Shown: positions 29,118 to 38,245, numbered from the stretch's first letter. The stretch: DNA of 63,738 nt from Caldilineales bacterium (GCA_025055015.1 JANWYQ010000088.1:1-63738), one strand, 5' to 3'. Notes: generated by a model not told the origin, from the sequence alone. Program-made: numbers and translations.

Positions 29118-30509
29118 TCACTGCTCATCGGTGTTCATGCCGTTCACCGCCGCAGCTACCGCAGCCACCAGCGCGTCGTCCTGGTCGGGCAGCACGGTGC
29201 GCGGGTCGAGACAGAGGGCATCCTCGACGATGCGGCCTACCACGGCGGGCCGTCCCCGGCGCAGGCGGCGGGCCAGCGCCTCGGCCGGCAGGCCGGGCAG
29301 CGCGAGCAGGCGGGTGGGCAGGGTCTCGCCCGGCAGGGAGCCGCCGCCCACGGTGGACTCGCCCGCCCAGGTGGTCGCAGCCACGCCCAGGGCCTGCAGG
29401 CGAGCCGCCCAGGCCTCGGCGCGGCGGGCCAGGTCCTCCGGCCGGGCGGCGATCATGCGCCACACCGGGATCTTCTCCAACGCCTGGCCGCGCAGGTAGT
29501 GGCCCAGGGTGGCGGCCAAGCCGGCCAGGGTGACCTTGTCCACCCGCAGGGCGCGGGTGAGGGGGTGCTTGCGCAGGCGGGCGATGGCGTCGGCCGCGCC
29601 CACGATCAGCCCGGCCTGCGGCCCGCCCAGCAGCTTGTCGCCGCTGAAGGTGACCAGGGTGGCGCCGGCCTGCACGCTGTCCTGGACCCGCGGCTCGTAG
29701 GCTAGGCCGAAGGGCCGCGTGTCCAGCAGGGTGCCGCTGCCCAGGTCGTCTATCACGGGCAGGCCGTGTTCCCGGCCCAGGGCCACCAAGTCGGCCAGGC
29801 TCACCTGGGCTGTGAAGCCGATCTGGCGGAAGTTGGAGGCGTGCACCCGCAGCAGCGCCGCGGTCTCCGGCCTAATGGCCTCCTGGTAGTCCCGCAGGTG
29901 GGTGCGGTTGGTGGTGCCTACCTCTACCAGCCGGGCGCCGCTGACGGCCATCACCTCGGGGATACGAAAGCCGCCGCCGATCTCGACCAGCTGCCCGCGG
30001 GAGATGACCACCTCCCGGCCGCGGGCCAGCGCGGTCAGGCAGAGCAGCACCGCGGCGGCGTTGTTGTTCACCACCAGCGCGTCCTCGGCGCCGGTGAGCC
30101 GCCGCAGCAGGTCCACGGCGTGGACGTAGCGGGAGCCGCGCTGGCCGGCCTCCAGGTCGTACTCCAGGTTACTGTAGCCGCCGCCGGCGGCCTGCATGGC
30201 GGCTCGCGCCTCGTCGCTCAGGGGCGCGCGGCCCAGGTTGGTGTGGACGATGACGCCGGTGGCGTTGATCACCGGCTGCAGGGTCGGCTCGGTGGCGGCC
30301 CGCAGCCGTTGCGCCATCTCCTCCAGCAGGGCGCCCGGCGACGGAGCGGGTCGGCCCTCGGCCAGGATGGCCTGGCGCGCTGCGTCCAGGGCCTCGCGCA
30401 GGGCCTGGGCGGTCAGCTCGTGGCCGTAGGCGCCGCGCGCGGCCTGGGCAGCCGGCTCCTGCAGCAGCCGGTCTACGCTGGGCAGCTTGCGCAGCTCAAG
30501 GTGCGACAC
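29118..30509 (-). CDS. selA: L-seryl-tRNA(Sec) selenium transferase
   Basis: VINATGVIVHTNLGRA, VNNNAAA, EIGGGFR, FSGDKLLGGPQAG (PLP Lys). Confidence 0.97.
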   Translation of the reverse strand: MSHLELRKLPSVDRLLQEPAAQAARGAYGHELTAQALREALDAARQAILAEGRPAPSPGALLEEMAQRLRAATEPTLQPVINATGVIVHTNLGRAPLSDEARAAMQAAGGGYSNLEYDLEAGQRGSRYVHAVDLLRRLTGAEDALVVNNNAAAVLLCLTALARGREVVISRGQLVEIGGGFRIPEVMAVSGARLVEVGTTNRTHLRDYQEAIRPETAALLRVHASNFRQIGFTAQVSLADLVALGREHGLPVIDDLGSGTLLDTRPFGLAYEPRVQDSVQAGATLVTFSGDKLLGGPQAGLIVGAADAIARLRKHPLTRALRVDKVTLAGLAATLGHYLRGQALEKIPVWRMIAARPEDLARRAEAWAARLQALGVAATTWAGESTVGGGSLPGETLPTRLLALPGLPAEALARRLRRGRPAVVGRIVEDALCLDPRTVLPDQDDALVAAVAAAVNGMNTDEQ

Positions 30510-30546
30510 GGGTGAACCTCACAGCGGCGGACGATCCGCGCCAACG

Positions 30547-30579
30547 AAAAAGGCCCTCGGCCGCAGCCGGCCGACGGCC
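30547..30579 (-). terminator. Terminator downstream of tRNA-Val
   Basis: GC-rich stem 30552-30563/30568-30579 followed by T5 on the minus strand. Confidence 0.65.
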
Positions 30580-30590
30580 TGATGGCGCAG

Positions 30591-30664
30591 TGGGCGAAAC
30601 AGGACTCGAACCTGTGACCTCCTCCTTGTAAGGGAGGCGCTCTAACCAGCTGAGCTATTCGCCC
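30591..30664 (-). tRNA. tRNA-Val(TAC), CCA not encoded
   Basis: GGGCGAA acceptor stem; cctcc-CTTACAA-ggagg anticodon arm; GGTTCGAGTCC T-loop. Confidence 0.97.
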
Positions 30665-30687
30665 GTGATCCCTGGCGTCTGCGGGGC

Positions 30688-30716
30688 ATTATACGGCGGA
30701 AGGGCAGAGTTGCCAA
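30688..30716 (-). promoter_or_regulatory. tRNA-Val promoter
   Basis: TTGGCA-17-TATAAT. Confidence 0.75.
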
Positions 30717-30775
30717 CTTCGGCCGGCCCGGCTGCGAGACCGACGTCCTGACCCTTTCTGACCCCTGCTGAGCTT

Positions 30776-30804
30776 TTGACAATTTTTGTGAGCTGTGCTA
30801 TCAT
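30776..30804 (+). promoter_or_regulatory. Promoter for the HTH gene
   Basis: TTGACA-17-TATCAT with extended TG. Confidence 0.75.
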
Positions 30805-30843
30805 CGCCCCCGCTATCTTTGGACACGTCAAGGATCGTGACGG

Positions 30844-31068
30844 ATGAGCCAGAAAACCAAGCTGCCCATCTACGAGAACGCCGTGTACTCCCGCGAGGAG
30901 GCCGCGCAGCTCCTGGGCGTGAGCCTGAGCACGCTCAAGCGGCTCATCGAGTCGGGACAGCTGGTGGTCAGCCAGCCGGCCGGCATGCGTCGAGTGTTCA
31001 TCAAGGGCTCCAGCATTCTGCGTATGCTGGATGCGACCACTGTGGAGACGGGTCAACATGCTCGGTAA
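30844..31068 (+). CDS. Excisionase-like helix-turn-helix protein (HTH_17/MerR-like)
   Basis: YSREEAAQLLGVSLSTLKRLIESGQL; 74 aa. Confidence 0.85.
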   Translation: MSQKTKLPIYENAVYSREEAAQLLGVSLSTLKRLIESGQLVVSQPAGMRRVFIKGSSILRMLDATTVETGQHAR

Positions 31069-31208
31069 TCATCATTTCTTGTGGCGGACGGTGTACGACA
31101 GCGCCGTTTCGTGCGGCGGTTGGACGATCGCGAGCACCCGGCGCGCTGCGCAGCCTGGCGCGGCGGCGCGCACCGGTCGCGTCGTCCTGCCCGCCTTCTC
31201 CAGTTCCC

Positions 31209-31329
31209 CGTCTCACGCCCAAGGAGGGGCTCCCCCAATGAGGTGGTAGCCGCTCAAGGGTCAGGCCAGGCCTGACCGGCACGGGTAGCGGTCCAGGCGT
31301 GAGACGAGGCGACGGTCTCACGCCTTTTT
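31209..31329 (+). promoter_or_regulatory. Candidate attenuator: antiterminator/terminator with 3-codon uORF (MRW)
   Basis: cgtctcacgcc (31209-31219) and gtctcacgcc+T5 (31315-31329) both complement ggcgtgagac(g) (31296-31306); AAGGAGG at 31221-31227 precedes ATG AGG TGG TAG at 31238-31249. Confidence 0.6.
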
Positions 31330-31400
31330 GTTTGCCCTTGAGCCGGGCCGGCCCGCTGGGTCGGCGCGCCCACCGGCTCAAAGAAAGCGAGGAAAACGCC

Positions 31401-31649
31401 ATGACCACTCGTGCCATGTTAGAGCTGATGCTGCGCCAGCGGCTGATCTTCGACTTCAGCGACGACGGCTTCGCCGACGTCTGCTGGAAGCTGGACCTGC
31501 TCCACGACGCAATCCGCTTCGGCCGCCTCGAGGCCGTTACCGACCTGCCCATGGAGGTCCTGCGCGGCTGGCTGCGCGAGATCATGTTCCTGGCCCGCGA
31601 GACCCTCTACGAGCTGGACGCCGAGCGCGGGCAGGCGCTCTGGAACTGA
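31401..31649 (+). CDS. Hypothetical small alpha-helical protein (82 aa)
   Basis: GAGG RBS and genome-typical codon usage; no recognised motif. Confidence 0.7.
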   Translation: MTTRAMLELMLRQRLIFDFSDDGFADVCWKLDLLHDAIRFGRLEAVTDLPMEVLRGWLREIMFLARETLYELDAERGQALWN

Positions 31650-31861
31650 CACAACGATGACCTGACCTGATCGGGTGGGTGTTGGCTCACGCCCCCCACC
31701 CGCAGCGCAGGGTTGGCTCACCGGGCGGGGGAGCCGACGGCGCTGTCGGGTGGGGGGGAAGGAGCGAGGCCGGCGGTCCGGCGCCGGGCAGCCTCCGTTC
31801 GATCGGGCGGCGGGCTGCCGGCGGGCCGCCGGCCTCTTCTTTGGTGCCATGCGAGGAGCTT

Positions 31862-32362
31862 ATGGCTGTGCTGATGCTGAACGCCACCTACGAGCCGATG
31901 CACGTGATCTCCCTGCGGCGGGCGGTCGCCCTGCTGGCCCTGGAGCGCGCTCAGCTGGTGGAAACGTCAGGACGGGTGCTGCGCTCCCCCAGCCTGGCCA
32001 TCCCGGAGCCGCTGGTGATCCGGCTGCGCCACCCTGCGCCGGCCCCACGGCGCTGGCACGTGCCCATCACCCGCACGGCCATCCTGCTGCGCGACGAGGA
32101 CACGTGCCAGTATTGCGGCGCGCAGCCGGGCCGCCACGAGCTGACGGTAGACCACGTGATCCCGGCCTCGCGCGGGGGACAGTGGACGTGGACGAACCTG
32201 GTGACGGCCTGCAAGGCGTGCAACGCGGCCAAGGGGAACCGCACGCCCGAGGAGGCAGGCATGGCCCTGCGCCGGCCGCCGGGCAAGCCCCGCTTCGGCC
32301 AGGCGGTTCCCCTGCGCGGCGGACGCCTGCACCCGGCCTGGCGGCCGTACCTGTGGACCTAG
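31862..32362 (+). CDS. HNH endonuclease (McrA-like)
   Basis: VLMLNATYEP N-terminus; CQYCG, TVDHVIPASRGG, NLVTACKACNAAKG; GAGGAG RBS. Confidence 0.92.
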   Translation: MAVLMLNATYEPMHVISLRRAVALLALERAQLVETSGRVLRSPSLAIPEPLVIRLRHPAPAPRRWHVPITRTAILLRDEDTCQYCGAQPGRHELTVDHVIPASRGGQWTWTNLVTACKACNAAKGNRTPEEAGMALRRPPGKPRFGQAVPLRGGRLHPAWRPYLWT

Positions 32363-32904
32363 CCGTCGAGGTTGCCAACTCCTGGGGAGTTGGCAACCTT
32401 TTTTGTGGCTGCGATGGCCGTCGCCAGCGCCTCCGGCTGTTGCGAGCCGATGAGCACCCGGCTGCCGTCCCGCAGGGTTAAGCGCACCCCGCGGTTGCCG
32501 CTGACGTTGTAGGCCACGTTGCGGCGGCTCACCCCGCGCACGCCCCAGCCGCCGTACTCGCGCACGGGGCGGTAGGTGGTGGCCTCCACGTCCTGGATCT
32601 CCTCGGCCGGGATGCGCCGGTTGACCAAGGGGGCAAAGCGCACATGGACCGCGTCGTCGTGGACCTCTACTACCAGAGCCAAGCGGTAGAAGAAGATCGG
32701 CAGGCCAACGCCGAAGAGCAACCAGATGACCCACACCAACCAGTCGGGCCCGGGGCGATTGCCGGCGGGCTTGCCCAGCACGATCTGCTGCAAGAAGATC
32801 CACCAATTGAGGGCAACGACCAACAGGACGAGCAACCACAGCCACAGGCTGCGGAAGCGCTGCTCCTCGCGATAGAGCGGGGGAGGGGAGGTGTGTGAGG
32901 TCAT
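32359..32904 (-). CDS. Small two-TM membrane protein (DUF6141/bacterial PH-like), probably leaderless
   Basis: YREEQRFR, two TM helices, YGGWGVR, AYNVSGNRGV; TATAAT 6 nt before the ATG. Confidence 0.7.
   Translation of the reverse strand: MTSHTSPPPLYREEQRFRSLWLWLLVLLVVALNWWIFLQQIVLGKPAGNRPGPDWLVWVIWLLFGVGLPIFFYRLALVVEVHDDAVHVRFAPLVNRRIPAEEIQDVEATTYRPVREYGGWGVRGVSRRNVAYNVSGNRGVRLTLRDGSRVLIGSQQPEALATAIAATKKVANSPGVGNLDG
32369..32404 (+). terminator. GGTTGCCAAC hairpin repeat; likely terminator of the HNH gene
   Basis: aggttgccaactcc-tgg-ggagttggcaacct followed by a T-run. Confidence 0.75.
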
Positions 32905-33083
32905 GGGCCGATTATACCCCAGATCGGTCCAGCCTGCGAACGCAGCGGCTGCCGTGCTCCGGCCCAAGAGGCTGGATCGGTCTGCCGCCGGGCTGGACCA
33001 GTTAGCCTCCAAGGGGTACAATCCGTGCTTGGGATGCTCGGCTCGGGATGCTCGCAGCACCCCGGCACTTCAGGAGGTGCGCC

Positions 33084-33746
33084 ATGTGCGGACGCTTCTC
33101 GATCTTCATTGACCCGGCGCGGCTGGCCGAGCGCTTCCAGGCCAGCCTGCCGCCCCAGGGCCTGGTCCCGCGCTACAACGCGGCGCCTCGCCAGGACCTG
33201 CCGGTGATCCTCAACGCAGAGCCCCACGCCATCCAGCTGCTGCGCTGGGGGCTGGTTCCCTCCTGGGCCAAGGACCCGGCCGTGGGCGACCGCATGATCA
33301 ACGCGCGCGCCGAGACGCTGGCGGAGAAGCCCAGCTTCCGCGCTGCCCTCCATCGCCGCCGCTGCCTGGTGCTGGCCGACGGCTTCTACGAGTGGCAGAA
33401 GCTGGACGGCAGCAAGATCCCGCTGCGCATCGCCCTCAAGTCGGGCGAGCCCTTCGCCTTCGCCGGCCTGTGGGAGATGTGGCAGGCGGCCGACGGCTCG
33501 CTGCTGCGCACCTTCACCATCGTCACCGTCCCGCCCAACGAGCTGATCGCCCCTATCCACGACCGCATGCCGGCCATGTTGCTGCCGGAGCACGAGGCGG
33601 TGTGGCTGGACGACCGCGCCGGCGTGGCGGCCTGGCTGGACGTGCTGCGCCCCTATCCCGCCGATCGGCTGGTCGCCTACCCGGTCTCGCGGCGGGTGAA
33701 CTCGCCCGCCAACGACGACCCCTCGGTGGTGGCGCCGGTGGCGTAG
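33084..33746 (+). CDS. SOS response-associated peptidase (SRAP/YedK/HMCES)
   Basis: MCGRF N-terminus; RWGLVP, INARAET, GFYEW, IHDRMP. Confidence 0.95.
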   Translation: MCGRFSIFIDPARLAERFQASLPPQGLVPRYNAAPRQDLPVILNAEPHAIQLLRWGLVPSWAKDPAVGDRMINARAETLAEKPSFRAALHRRRCLVLADGFYEWQKLDGSKIPLRIALKSGEPFAFAGLWEMWQAADGSLLRTFTIVTVPPNELIAPIHDRMPAMLLPEHEAVWLDDRAGVAAWLDVLRPYPADRLVAYPVSRRVNSPANDDPSVVAPVA

Positions 33747-33748
33747 GC

Positions 33749-34888
33749 CTACGGCACCACGACGCGCATAGGCACCGGCGTGAAGACCAGGAGGAAGACC
33801 ACCAGCATCAGCGCAGCCAGCAGCCGCTCCGGCCTGTTCAACCCGGTCACGTCGTCCAGGGGCTGGATGCGGAAGCGGCCGAAGACCAGTAGCAGGCCCA
33901 GCCACAGCAGCCACCCCTGGTAGAGCGCGCTGAGCCCTGCCAGCGCCACGACGATGCCCCAGAAGACGTAGCCGGCCGCCCGCTCCCCCGCCAGGGCCGC
34001 CAGGATGTGGCCGCCGTCCAGCTGTCCCGCCGGGATGAGGTTCAGGCCGGTCACCAGCAGGCCGGCCCACCCGGCAAAGGCCACCGGGTGGATGAACACG
34101 TCCACGCCGTTGCTGGGCAGGAGCTGGCCGAACTTGAGGTACTTGATGGCTGCGTAGAGCAGCGAGTTGCCCTCCAGCATGTAGGGCTGGTCGGTGGGCA
34201 GGGGCTGCACTCGGCTCAGGCTCAGGCCGATCCACAGCACGGGGATGGCCACGGCCAGCCCGGCCAGCGGCCCGGCGGCCGCAATGGCCAGCCAGTGGCG
34301 GCGGTTGCGCGGGGGCGCGGCCATGTTGATGAACGCGCCGAAGGTGCCGAAGCTGCCGGGAATGGGCACCGGGATGAAGTAGGGCAAGCTCACGGGCGTG
34401 CCCACCCGTCGGGCCACCACGTAGTGCCCCAGCTCGTGGGCCAGCAGGATGCTCAGCAGCGCCGCCGCATAGGGCAGGCCGTCCAACAGGTTGAGGTTGA
34501 TGCTGGTGAGCCCCTCCACCATCTGCGCGCCGGCGAAGAGGCAGGAGAGCACCGTCAGCGCGAAGAGCGCCGCTGCCCGCGCGATGCGCGGCTGGGTCTG
34601 GCGCAGCCGGCCGGGCAGGGCCAGCACCACGTGGCCGCCGGGGTGGTCTGGGTCGCGGCGCAGCAAAGGCGTGTAGCCCAGGGCAGCGAACCGCTCGGCC
34701 AGGCGCTCGTAGGCCTCCTCCGAGGGCAAGAGCAAGCGGCCTCGCAGCCGCACCCCGGCGGGTGGTTGCCTCTGGGGACGGGCGGCCGAGAGCGCGCCGG
34801 CGTAGGGCGAGACCACGCCCTCGGTTACGTCCTCCACGGCCATCACGTCGGTTGCAGCGGCGCGCAGGGCGGCTACAGTGTCGGTCAT
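33749..34888 (-). CDS. Site-2 protease family (M50) membrane metalloprotease
   Basis: HELGH, AGPLAG, NLIPAGQLDGGH. Confidence 0.9.
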   Translation of the reverse strand: MTDTVAALRAAATDVMAVEDVTEGVVSPYAGALSAARPQRQPPAGVRLRGRLLLPSEEAYERLAERFAALGYTPLLRRDPDHPGGHVVLALPGRLRQTQPRIARAAALFALTVLSCLFAGAQMVEGLTSINLNLLDGLPYAAALLSILLAHELGHYVVARRVGTPVSLPYFIPVPIPGSFGTFGAFINMAAPPRNRRHWLAIAAAGPLAGLAVAIPVLWIGLSLSRVQPLPTDQPYMLEGNSLLYAAIKYLKFGQLLPSNGVDVFIHPVAFAGWAGLLVTGLNLIPAGQLDGGHILAALAGERAAGYVFWGIVVALAGLSALYQGWLLWLGLLLVFGRFRIQPLDDVTGLNRPERLLAALMLVVFLLVFTPVPMRVVVP

Positions 34889-35113
34889 CGGAACAGGCGT
34901 CCTCCTTGGGATCGGTCTTTAGTGTGTACCGTCTCTGAGCCCCATTCTGCCACGCGAGGAGGCGATTCGGCGAATTGGCGCTGTGGAGCCTTGGTCAGCC
35001 TCCTCACCATTGTTCGCCGTGGCTGCGGGAGCCGCGCTACAGACGTCGAAGGCCGCTAGCCTTAAGGTCGAGCCGGCCACCACAGCCACACCGCACGTCT
35101 CTAGGAGGTTACC

Positions 35114-35395
35114 ATGAACGAGCGACTGACCCAGGCCCAGATTGACCAGGCGTTGGCCAGCCTCTCCGGATGGAGCCAGCAAGGCAACGCCATCGTGCGC
35201 ACCTTTACCCTGCGCAGCTTCCCGGCCGCCCTGGCCTTTGCCGCCGCAGTCGGCCACCTGGCCGAGCGCGCCGACCACCACCCCGACATCCTGATCCAGT
35301 ACAAGCGGGTCACCCTCACCCTCTCCACCCACTCCGCCGGCGGGCTGACGGTCAAGGACTTCGCCCTGGCCCGCGAGATAGACGCCATTGCGTGA
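35114..35395 (+). CDS. phhB: Pterin-4-alpha-carbinolamine dehydratase
   Basis: DHHPDI, THSAGGLT.KD motifs; AGGAGG RBS. Confidence 0.92.
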   Translation: MNERLTQAQIDQALASLSGWSQQGNAIVRTFTLRSFPAALAFAAAVGHLAERADHHPDILIQYKRVTLTLSTHSAGGLTVKDFALAREIDAIA

Positions 35396-35520
35396 CGGAT
35401 GGCCTCGTTCGCGGGCTCGAGGGAGGTGGTCAGGTTGGTACAATCACCGACACCTGCAGTCTGCCGAGTGTGTTTCTCCGCTCTTCAGCCGCAGCGCGCG
35501 ATCGCCTTCCGGGCTGCCCC

Positions 35521-36918
35521 ATGACCCCACTCCCTCGCTTTCATCCCAACGTCTTGGCCGCCGACCCGGCGCGGCGGGCCGTGGTGTTGGACATCCTTCA
35601 GGCCGCGCTGGCTGCCGTGGAGCCGGCCGCGGCGGTGCGCCGGGCGATGGCGCGCAGCGACCGCCGCCTACTGGTGGGAGAGGTCGCCTACGACCTGGCC
35701 GCCTATCGCCGTGTCTTGCTCGTCGCCTTCGGCAAGGCGGCGCTGCCCATGGCCCAGGCCGCAGCGGAGGTCCTGGGTGACCACCTGACCGCCGGCCTGG
35801 CATTGACCCGCCGGGGGCACGCCGCGGCGGACCCCGCAGCGCAGTGGTCCCTGCCTCCCACCGTGGCCGTCCTCGAGGGAGGCCACCCCGTGCCGGACGA
35901 GGGCGGGGTCGCCGCGGCCCGGCGCATCGCGGACCTAGCGGCCGGGGCCGGCCCCGACGACCTGGTGGTGTGCCTGATCTCCGGCGGCGGCTCGGCCCTG
36001 CTCACCCTGCCGGCCGACGGCCTAACCCTGGCCGACCTGCAGGCCACCACCCAGACCCTGTTGCGCAGCGGCGCGCCCATCCAGGACCTCAACGCAGTGC
36101 GCAAACACCTGGAGCAGCTCAAAGGGGGGCAGCTCGCCCGCCTGGCCGCGCCGGCCACCGTGGTCAGCCTGGTGCTGTCGGACGTGGTGGGCAACCCGCT
36201 GGACGTGATTGCGTCCGGCCCGACGGTGCCCGACCCGACCACCTGGGCCGACGCCTGGACTGTGGTGGAGCGCTACGGCCTGCAGGATGCGCTGCCGGCC
36301 GCCGTGGTCCGGCGCCTGCAGGCCGGGCTGGCCGGTGCACTGCCCGACACCCCCAAGGCCGGCGACCTCGCCTTCCAGCGCTGTCGCACCCTGATCGTGG
36401 CCGACAACGCGGCCGCGGCCGAGGCGGCCTGTCGAACGGCTCAGCGGCAAGGGATGAACGCTGCGGTGCTCTCTACCTTCGTCGAGGGGGAGGCGCGAGA
36501 GGTGGCGCGGGTAGCCGTGGCCCTGGGCCGCGAGGTGGCGGCGCGCGGGCGTCCTCTGGCGCCGCCTGCCTGCCTGGTCCTGGGCGGCGAGACCACCGTC
36601 ACCGTGCGAGGCCACGGCCGCGGGGGCCGCAACCAGGAGCTGGCCCTGGCCGCTGCGATGGGCCTGGCCGCCATTCCGGAGGGGGACCGGCTGGTGGTGG
36701 CGAGCCTGGCCACCGACGGCAGCGACGGCCCCACCGACGCGGCCGGCGCGCTGGTGGACGGCACCACGCTGTCCCGCGGCCGTGCTCTGGGGCTGGACGC
36801 GGCCGCGCACCTGGCGGCCAACAACGCCTATCCCTTCCTGGCGGCCGTGGGCGACCTGTTGGTCACCGGCCCCACCCAAACCAACGTCAACGATCTCATC
36901 GCGGTGTGCGTGTTCTGA
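35521..36918 (+). CDS. Glycerate 2-kinase / hydroxypyruvate reductase (MOFRL, TtuD family)
   Basis: GKAA, GHPVPD, ISGGGSAL, GGETTV, GRGGRNQE, GPTQTNVND. Confidence 0.92.
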   Translation: MTPLPRFHPNVLAADPARRAVVLDILQAALAAVEPAAAVRRAMARSDRRLLVGEVAYDLAAYRRVLLVAFGKAALPMAQAAAEVLGDHLTAGLALTRRGHAAADPAAQWSLPPTVAVLEGGHPVPDEGGVAAARRIADLAAGAGPDDLVVCLISGGGSALLTLPADGLTLADLQATTQTLLRSGAPIQDLNAVRKHLEQLKGGQLARLAAPATVVSLVLSDVVGNPLDVIASGPTVPDPTTWADAWTVVERYGLQDALPAAVVRRLQAGLAGALPDTPKAGDLAFQRCRTLIVADNAAAAEAACRTAQRQGMNAAVLSTFVEGEAREVARVAVALGREVAARGRPLAPPACLVLGGETTVTVRGHGRGGRNQELALAAAMGLAAIPEGDRLVVASLATDGSDGPTDAAGALVDGTTLSRGRALGLDAAAHLAANNAYPFLAAVGDLLVTGPTQTNVNDLIAVCVF

Positions 36919-37043
36919 CGGACAGCCCGGCCGCTGATCGGCGCAAGAGGCGGGGCAGCGCCCGTGGCACAACAGCGGGAGACGGGCGTTGATGGGCGCC
37001 GGTCGCAGGGCTGTCTGCGGCGAGCCAGGGGGCGAACAGTTTC

Positions 37044-37084
37044 TTGACAAATTCTTAACTTTGGTTATACTGGAACCGCTTCCA
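37044..37084 (+). promoter_or_regulatory. Promoter plus LacI-type operator
   Basis: TTGACA-16-TATACT directly followed by palindrome TGGAACCGCTTCCA (37071-37084) over the predicted TSS. Confidence 0.8.
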
Positions 37085-37122
37085 AACGCAGCGCAGCGTG
37101 CCCGAGTCGAAGGAGACAAGCG

Positions 37123-38133
37123 GTGGCTGTCACGATCTACGACGTCGCCAAGCAGGCCGGGGTAGGTGTCGGCACGGTCTCACGTGTGCTGAACGGCAAC
37201 CCCAACGTGCGGCCGGAGACGCGCCAGCGGGTGTTGGCCGTCATCGAGGAGCTGAACTACCACCCCAGCCCGATCGCCCGTCGGCTCTCCCTGCGCAAGA
37301 CGCTTACCATCGGCGTCATCGCCCCCTTCTTCACCCGTCCTTCCATCGTTGAACGCCTGCGCGGCATCGAAGCCCTGGTCGCCGAGAGCGACTACGACCT
37401 GGTGGTTTACAACGTCGAGACTCCCGAGCGCCGCGACGCCTGTTTTCGCAGCGTGGTGGCTGGCCATCGCGTGGACGGCCTGATTGTGATCCACCTAGCC
37501 CCCACGGACGACGACGTGCGGCGCTGGGCCCAGGCCCAGACGCCGGTGATCTTGGTGGACACCCGCCACCCGGCCCTGCACCGGGTGGTGATTGACGACG
37601 TGGCCGGCGGCCACCTGGCCACCCGGCATCTGATCGAGCTGGGGCATCGTCGCATCGGCTACATCAGCGACTGGCTGGACGAGCCCTTCCACTTCACCTC
37701 CAGCCGCGATCGCCTGCTGGGCTACCAGCGGGCGCTGGCCGAGGCGGGCCTGCCCTTTCGACCGGAGTACCATCGCCAAGGCGACCACGGCCGGGAGCAG
37801 GCCCGGCAGATGGCGCATGACTTGCTGCGGCTGGCGCCGCGGCCCACGGCCATCTTCGCCCACAGCGACACCCAGGCGCTGGGCGTCATGCAGGCGGCGG
37901 CCGACCTGGGCCTACGGGTGCCGGAGGACCTGTCGGTGGTGGGCTTCGACGACATCGAGATGGCGGAGTACGCAGGCCTGACCACCGTGCGGCAGCCGCT
38001 GGCGGAGACCGGCCGCAAGGGCATTGAGCTGCTCCTGCGGCTGATGGACGACCCCAGCCTGCCCACGGCCTGCGTTGAGCTGCCCATCGAGCTGGTGGTG
38101 CGGCGCACCACGGCGCCGCCGCCTAACCCTTGA
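37123..38133 (+). CDS. LacI family transcriptional regulator
   Basis: TIYDVAKQAGVGVGTVSRVLN; VPEDLSVVGFDD. Confidence 0.96.
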   Translation: MAVTIYDVAKQAGVGVGTVSRVLNGNPNVRPETRQRVLAVIEELNYHPSPIARRLSLRKTLTIGVIAPFFTRPSIVERLRGIEALVAESDYDLVVYNVETPERRDACFRSVVAGHRVDGLIVIHLAPTDDDVRRWAQAQTPVILVDTRHPALHRVVIDDVAGGHLATRHLIELGHRRIGYISDWLDEPFHFTSSRDRLLGYQRALAEAGLPFRPEYHRQGDHGREQARQMAHDLLRLAPRPTAIFAHSDTQALGVMQAAADLGLRVPEDLSVVGFDDIEMAEYAGLTTVRQPLAETGRKGIELLLRLMDDPSLPTACVELPIELVVRRTTAPPPNP

Positions 38134-38245
38134 ACGAAAGGAGGGAGGATCCCCGCGAAACCAAGAGTTTAACGCCCCTGCTGTCGTGTCTCGGTCGTTC
38201 GATCGGTTTCCAACCCATCTTTCCATCTCCGGAGGAGAGTTCCCC

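Noticed and set aside
31276-31290. 15-bp exact repeat ccggcacgggtagcg, also at 59316-59330
   Set aside because: Matches of this length are expected by chance in a GC-rich 64-kb window; the flanks do not align and there is no att-like context.
31650-32362. HEARO/OMEGA (IscB) system
   Set aside because: The HNH protein is only ~166 aa with no PLMP or RuvC motifs.
30591-33746. Prophage or integrative element at tRNA-Val (excisionase-like HTH, HNH, SRAP)
   Set aside because: The genes lie at the tRNA 5' side, there is no integrase or duplicated tRNA 3' end, and composition looks native.
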